Below are positions 58,926-64,000 of a stretch of DNA of 64,000 bases, one piece after another. Positions within the stretch are counted from its first letter, which is position 1; the number at the start of each line of letters is the position of its first letter. The translations under genes were made by a program, and so were the position numbers. The notes beneath the pieces were generated by a model. The model was not told where the DNA came from, searched no databases, and saw nothing but the letters and a program-made list of their open reading frames with translations. The stretch comes from Owenia fusiformis (lineage: Eukaryota): NCBI GenBank assembly GCA_903813345.2, contig CAIIXF020000001.1, forward strand, positions 20,770,001-20,834,000, read 5' to 3'.

Positions 58926-60012
58926 TCTCATGAGCATTAATTTTATACAATTTGCATCAAATCTCTCACAAATTGTATTTTATCTAATAAGTGATGTATA
59001 TAGCCTTATCCCATGATACCACTACTTCCCGGTGAATAAAACCGATATTGAATCACTCCCGGTAAATAACCTCTATGAAGCATTTTTCTTTTGGGAATCA
59101 CTTTTAAAGTGATAATTTACATCTGAATTCATAGATAGCCGAAAGAATAACTGGTTCTATATCATTATTTCATCGAGAGTTATTATGCGCATCATGTATT
59201 GAATAGCTCATTTGATTGTGGGATAAACATTGTTTTATTCTGGTAATACTATGAACCGCTGGCATTCAACATCATAGGTCCCTCAGCATAAAACCTTAAC
59301 ATTCAAATCCTCCAAATAAAGATCACGGTGAGATCGTTTTGCAAATGTGTTTATAGTTTTATCCAGACAATATACAAATATTTCATACGAGGTGAATACC
59401 CGTTCATCTTTCTTCAAGGATTCCAGTAAGGTGTATTCCCAAAAGCCTGAAGGACCAGAGGAATACACATTGCAGAATCATTGAAAGTGCAACAGGTATT
59501 CATCGCAAATAGAATGAACTATTTGTTTTAATATTTACCAATACATTATTCGGAATATCTTACAAGATCAAGGACTAGAACGCATTAGTACTGTTAGGGT
59601 ATGTCCCAGTAAACCTTCGGTCCTTTGTATCTGTAATTGTTCTTTCTGTGTAAACTAGACAGTATTGTATGTATTTTGCTAATTGGGATTATCCTTAAAG
59701 CTTTTTTCTGATATTTTTCGTAGTTTTCCGTCTCATTTGGGTACATTTCTGGGACACCCTGTATTTTACATGATTTTCATTTTAGATTTACAAAATACCA
59801 GTCTATGTCTGATATCCAACTGATTGGTTTTCTCACAGTGATTTTTCAAAGTGCTACTTCTGAATTCATAAAGCCAGAAGAACTATTATGGTCATAACTA
59901 ATTCAACTTTACTTTCTAACAAGGCACAGGACGTGAACGAGATCACACCATCAAATAGGCAGACACTATGAACCAGGAAAACTGTTCTCCTATTATGTTT
60001 ACAAATTTCAAG

Positions 60013-61067
60013 AACAAGAAAACAAGATGGCGGCCCAAAAGTTAATCAGCTCTAGTACTTGATATCCTCTATCATTTGTGTAAATTTGAAGGAAATCCGA
60101 TGAGCGGTTTTCCTGAAATGGCGATGACAAGATTTTTCGAAAAACCTTCAAAATGGCCACCCAAAAGTTAATCAGCTCTAGGTATGAGGTTCCATATCTA
60201 GTCCCTATATAGTCCATTTAAAAACTCGTGGTATTGTCCTAAATAACGCCAAAGTTGGCTTCTAGGGTACCTAGTATGCCACTATTTGGTATCAAAATAA
60301 AGAGGAGGAGTTCAACTTTCATGTGAATTACGAAAATAGCGATGTAGGTCAAAAATAGTTCCGACGTGAGGTTGTTTACTACGCGTTTGCCTGTCATATC
60401 AGAATTGAGGAAGTGGTAGCAAACGCGAGTCACAATAAATGGACGCTGATATCTCAAAAAGTAACCGGACTCCCTATAATTTGATGTAGATCAATCGAAC
60501 CCCTATATGAACAGGTACATTTTGATATATAACACTATGGGGGGTAAGCGTTTTATAGTTGGTCACGAACGCCATATGTGCAAAGTATTGTTATGAATTT
60601 TCGAATTTGGTGTTGGATTACGGTACTCATACCTCTAGTACTTGATATCCTCTATCATGTGTGTAAATTTGAAGGAAATCCGATGAGCGGATTTTCTGAA
60701 ATGGCGATGACAAGATTTTTCGAAAAATCTTCAAAATGGCTGCCAGAAAACAAGATGGCCGCCCAAAAGTTAATCAGCTCTAGTACTTGATATCCTCTAT
60801 CGTTTGTGTAAATTTGAAGAAAATCCAATCAGCGGTTTTCCTGAAATGGCGATGACAAGATTTTTCGAAAAACCTTCAAAATGGACGCCAGAAAAGAAGA
60901 TGGCCACCCAAAAGTTAATCAGCCCTAGTACTTCATATGCTCTATCAACTCTGCGAATTTGGAGAAAATCTGATGAGCAGTTTTCCTTAAACGGCGATGA
61001 CAATAAGCGGGACGATCACGATCACGACCAGTATGACGACTATATCCCACCGATGGTGTGATAAAAA
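60013..61067 (+). mobile_element. HINE-like element with core repeats, interrupted by a nested insertion
   Basis: repeated aagatggc..cccaaaagttaatcagctctagtacttgatatcc units; terminal palindrome 61043-61063. Confidence 0.65.
60181..60633. mobile_element. nested non-autonomous TIR element
   Basis: TIR GGTATGAG/CTCATACC; host motif gctctagtac is split with TCTA duplicated. Confidence 0.7.
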
Positions 61068-61130
61068 GTCAAGTCACTTCAAATTTCATGCTAGATTTGA
61101 CATACAAAAAATATTTTTTTCTAGAAAATC

Positions 61131-61136
61131 TTTATT
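61131..61136 (-). terminator. candidate PPM1G polyadenylation signal
   Basis: tttatt on + (AATAAA on -) about 720 nt past the stop. Confidence 0.45.
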
Positions 61137-61851
61137 GCCTACTTAAACTAGTATAGACAGTAGTCTAATGATACAGTAGACATATTCTATATGATCATAC
61201 CATAACATACATAAAGTAATGGACTTACAGAGGATATACATAACACACACATCCAATAGTGTACTTCATAGGAGCAATAATTGCTGACAGTTTGAACTTT
61301 TCGAGGCATTTTACCCTGATAGACAAACATATGTCAATATGTAGATATAAAATTCTAAGGTGGATAGGAGAAAAATAATTGACAAAATGGATACACAGAA
61401 ATGTGTATGTAATAACTTATAACTAGGAAATTTATGAACGATAAAAAACTAAAATAGATATACAAAAATAATTTAACATATTAGGCAAATATTTGACTGC
61501 TATGACTGATAGTGATTATTATGGATCCTCAAACTACATTCTAATAAATCATGCTCTATATTGGACAGGATGTCATAGTCCATGCTTCATGAATACAAAT
61601 AGATAATTTTAAAAGTTTCATAGAACTCGTTTGAAAATTATAATGGCATTCATGAGTACAGCGAATCAATCATGCCTGAACTCTCCTTATATGGCCAAAA
61701 ATGGTCACTTCCACAGTGTGGTTAAGATACACTGACATGTCTCATTTCGCACTCAACAGTTTTGTCTTGGCACTTTGCAGACTGGGCTTGCAATAAAACC
61801 TTATAGTATAGTAAGTAATACACGTTATAATTCCACTATGCATAGCTAGCT

Positions 61852-62043
61852 TCATTTCTCATCGGAAACCTCCTCATCGGGTTTAAGTTTTTTAGGACAA
61901 TTCTCATCTTCAAGTTCACGAGTACAAGATGGACGTTTGACAGTGGGTGCAGAGAGTTTGTTAAAAACAACGATGATACATGTCATGTTGTCACAGCCTG
62001 TTCCATCTCCCATTGTGTCTGGCGCAAGGCACCTATCAAATAT
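61852..62043 (-). CDS. PPM1G: PPM1G-like last exon
   Basis: ttacag|IFDRCLAPDTMGDGTGCDNMTCIIV...KRP...KKLK stop; the CLAPDT.GDGTGCDNMT motif is typical of PPM1G. Confidence 0.9.
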   Translation of the reverse strand: MFDRCLAPDTMGDGTGCDNMTCIIVVFNKLSAPTVKRPSCTRELEDENCPKKLKPDEEVSDEK

Positions 62044-62469
62044 CTGTAACCAAAGCAAACGAATTATTAATCACTTAAAATTTCACTATCAAAATCACAT
62101 TTCAAAATAATGCTGTCTGTGATACAATACCTGGAAACCTGTATAAAACTTTGCCATAGCAAATGGGCTGATTTGATTTTACACCAAAGGGTATTTCACC
62201 CAATACAATATAAACCTGAATGTTCAAAAATATTACACCAACAATTAAGGGGCTGATCTCCTCCCCCCATGATCTCGGAAATGAATAATCATACAAGGGT
62301 GTATTAGGTATCATTGGAAAGGATAATCAATTCCCAGTATTTTGAGCCTACTTCTAAGTATATTGAGCCATAATTGATGAAGAAATTCACATTCTAAGAA
62401 CATATCGGTTTATCATTGCAAGTCAAAATGTTTAAGGATTAAATGATTCATCAATACATTTGTTCTTAC

Positions 62470-62563
62470 CTCTTCACATATAATGGAGGGAGTTTTGCGT
62501 TTCTTCTCATCTTGCAGTCGTTGTTTGACAAAATCAACAACTTCTTGACTAGTTAGACAGTTC
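62470..62563 (-). CDS. PPM1G: PPM1G-like penultimate exon
   Basis: ccag|...GAG|gtaaga; NCLTSQEVVDFVKQRL...IICEE. Confidence 0.88.
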
Positions 62564-63302
62564 CTGGAATATAATAACACTTAAATAATATTTGTATATA
62601 TTTAATCACTGACATGTAGAAAACACTCATTTCAGTGGAGTTCTGAAAAGCAAAATACATGTAAACATATTACTGTATTCTAAAGCAAGTAAGTAGTCTA
62701 GTTTGAGATCATGATGGGACAATGGCAAGATATAGTAGAAGTCTGTATTATATGATCATAGTACATCTCATAATAACAATGTTCAACTTTTGAATGAATT
62801 TTTAATTTTCAAAGGATGAGAAATGAATTCCAACATTTCAATTCATTTCAATGGATATGGTAAATATATCATAATTTCATTTGTAGTACAATGTACATGT
62901 AATATGGTGTGCATGAAAGTACTTTATTTATAAGAAACTACTCAATATTGTTCTTATACTTAGTTTGTATATCATTTGACCGATGAAATACACCCTGGTA
63001 AAATGGATCAGTTTCTTGAGCCATTAAGTAGATGAGTATACATGTATTATAGATTACCCTACGAGCTTGAGCATGTTTTGAAAGGTGACTTCACTTTTGA
63101 AGATGTTTTTGAAGGTAGGGCACAACAAAGTTGTCTTATAATTGGCATCTGTTGTCTTCAATAATGATTTGCACATTTTAATAAGTTGGGATACAATAAT
63201 TGTGTCCCAAATTAATAAAATATCAAATATATGGATATAGTGTCTAAAAAGAAATATATGATCATAGTATAACTATTACATGTATATCAAACAACAGCCT
63301 AC

Positions 63303-63432
63303 CATATTCCATCACATGCCAGCACCAAGAATTCATCTCCTTCCTCTAGTTTGGTGGATTTCACATCAGGAAGTGCAGTGATCATTTGATCCTTTAGAGC
63401 TATGTCTTTGGTAGTCTTGTAAGCATGGTCAC
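63303..63432 (-). CDS. PPM1G: PP2C phosphatase (PPM1G-like) internal exon
   Basis: ttcag|...TG|gtaggc; GDHAYK...QMITALPDV...DEFLVLACDGIW. Confidence 0.88.
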
Positions 63433-63558
63433 CTGAAGTATTATAAGTAGAATACACTTAGAGTGAAACCAATGCATCTATCATTTCTATGGTAGATCTC
63501 AGAATAAAGTTACAATTCATTTTAAATCAACAGGAAGTACTGCATATCAATGTAACTA

Positions 63559-63766
63559 CAGTGATCTCCCCAGGATTTTTACTCAAGTGGGTGCAAAATT
63601 CTCATTTTCACAATTCAGACCAAAATTGGTCAAAATATTGGTCAAATATTTCATGATTTTCTTATATTTAAGTAGGTGCAAATGGATTTTCAGGTGGATG
63701 CAAGGCTGTTTTCAAAATCTCAGGAGGGTGCTGCGCCCACTTGCTTTAATGCTGGGGAGACCACTG
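63559..63766 (+). mobile_element. MITE with CAGTG termini and 5-bp TSD AACTA
   Basis: TIR CAGTGATCTCCCCAG / CTGGGGAGACCACTG. Confidence 0.75.
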
Positions 63767-64000
63767 AACTAGATAGCAGAAACTAAAATGTTATACATTC
63801 CAACAAACAACACTATTTTCTCTATTTTCAAGCACTGATGGACTTAATTTATATGTTTTATGATATACTCGTATTATTTAATAGATTTATTCTAATAAAA
63901 AAAGAAACCTTTAACGATGAATGGACCCCTTGGACTTGGTGAGGTTTTCACTAAAAGAGGGTTTTCTGTACATGGGCAATTTATACATACATACCTATAG

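Overview
AT-rich eukaryotic (invertebrate animal, probably lophotrochozoan-type; organism not determinable) genomic DNA. The + strand from 6351 to 52006 holds most of an agrin gene. I traced 36 GT-AG exons with consistent phases (5867 coding nt, about 1950 aa): 8 follistatin/Kazal domains, a lustrin-type Cys module, 2 laminin-EGF, a 9th follistatin/Kazal domain, an EB-like module, acidic/Pro/Thr spacers with 2 EGFs, then LG1-EGF-EGF-LG2-EGF-LG3. The N-terminal exon(s) lie upstream of the window. Convergent on the - strand are a PH-domain gene with an intronless CDS (56692-57246) and the last three exons of a PP2C phosphatase (PPM1G-like). Introns hold many non-autonomous DNA-transposon derivatives, Helentron/HINE-like elements and minisatellites. 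The most notable signal is a set of inferred, frame-preserving cassette exons and microexons in agrin. These include a 9-nt exon at the position of the vertebrate y/A splice site, a 12-nt exon splitting the Ser-Gly glycosaminoglycan cluster, and several highly basic inserts. Also notable are a 15-copy tandem array of an intron/exon junction and several CA...TG elements with 5-bp TSDs, one directly upstream of the PH gene. Exon calls are by eye; the alternative exons need RNA-seq confirmation.
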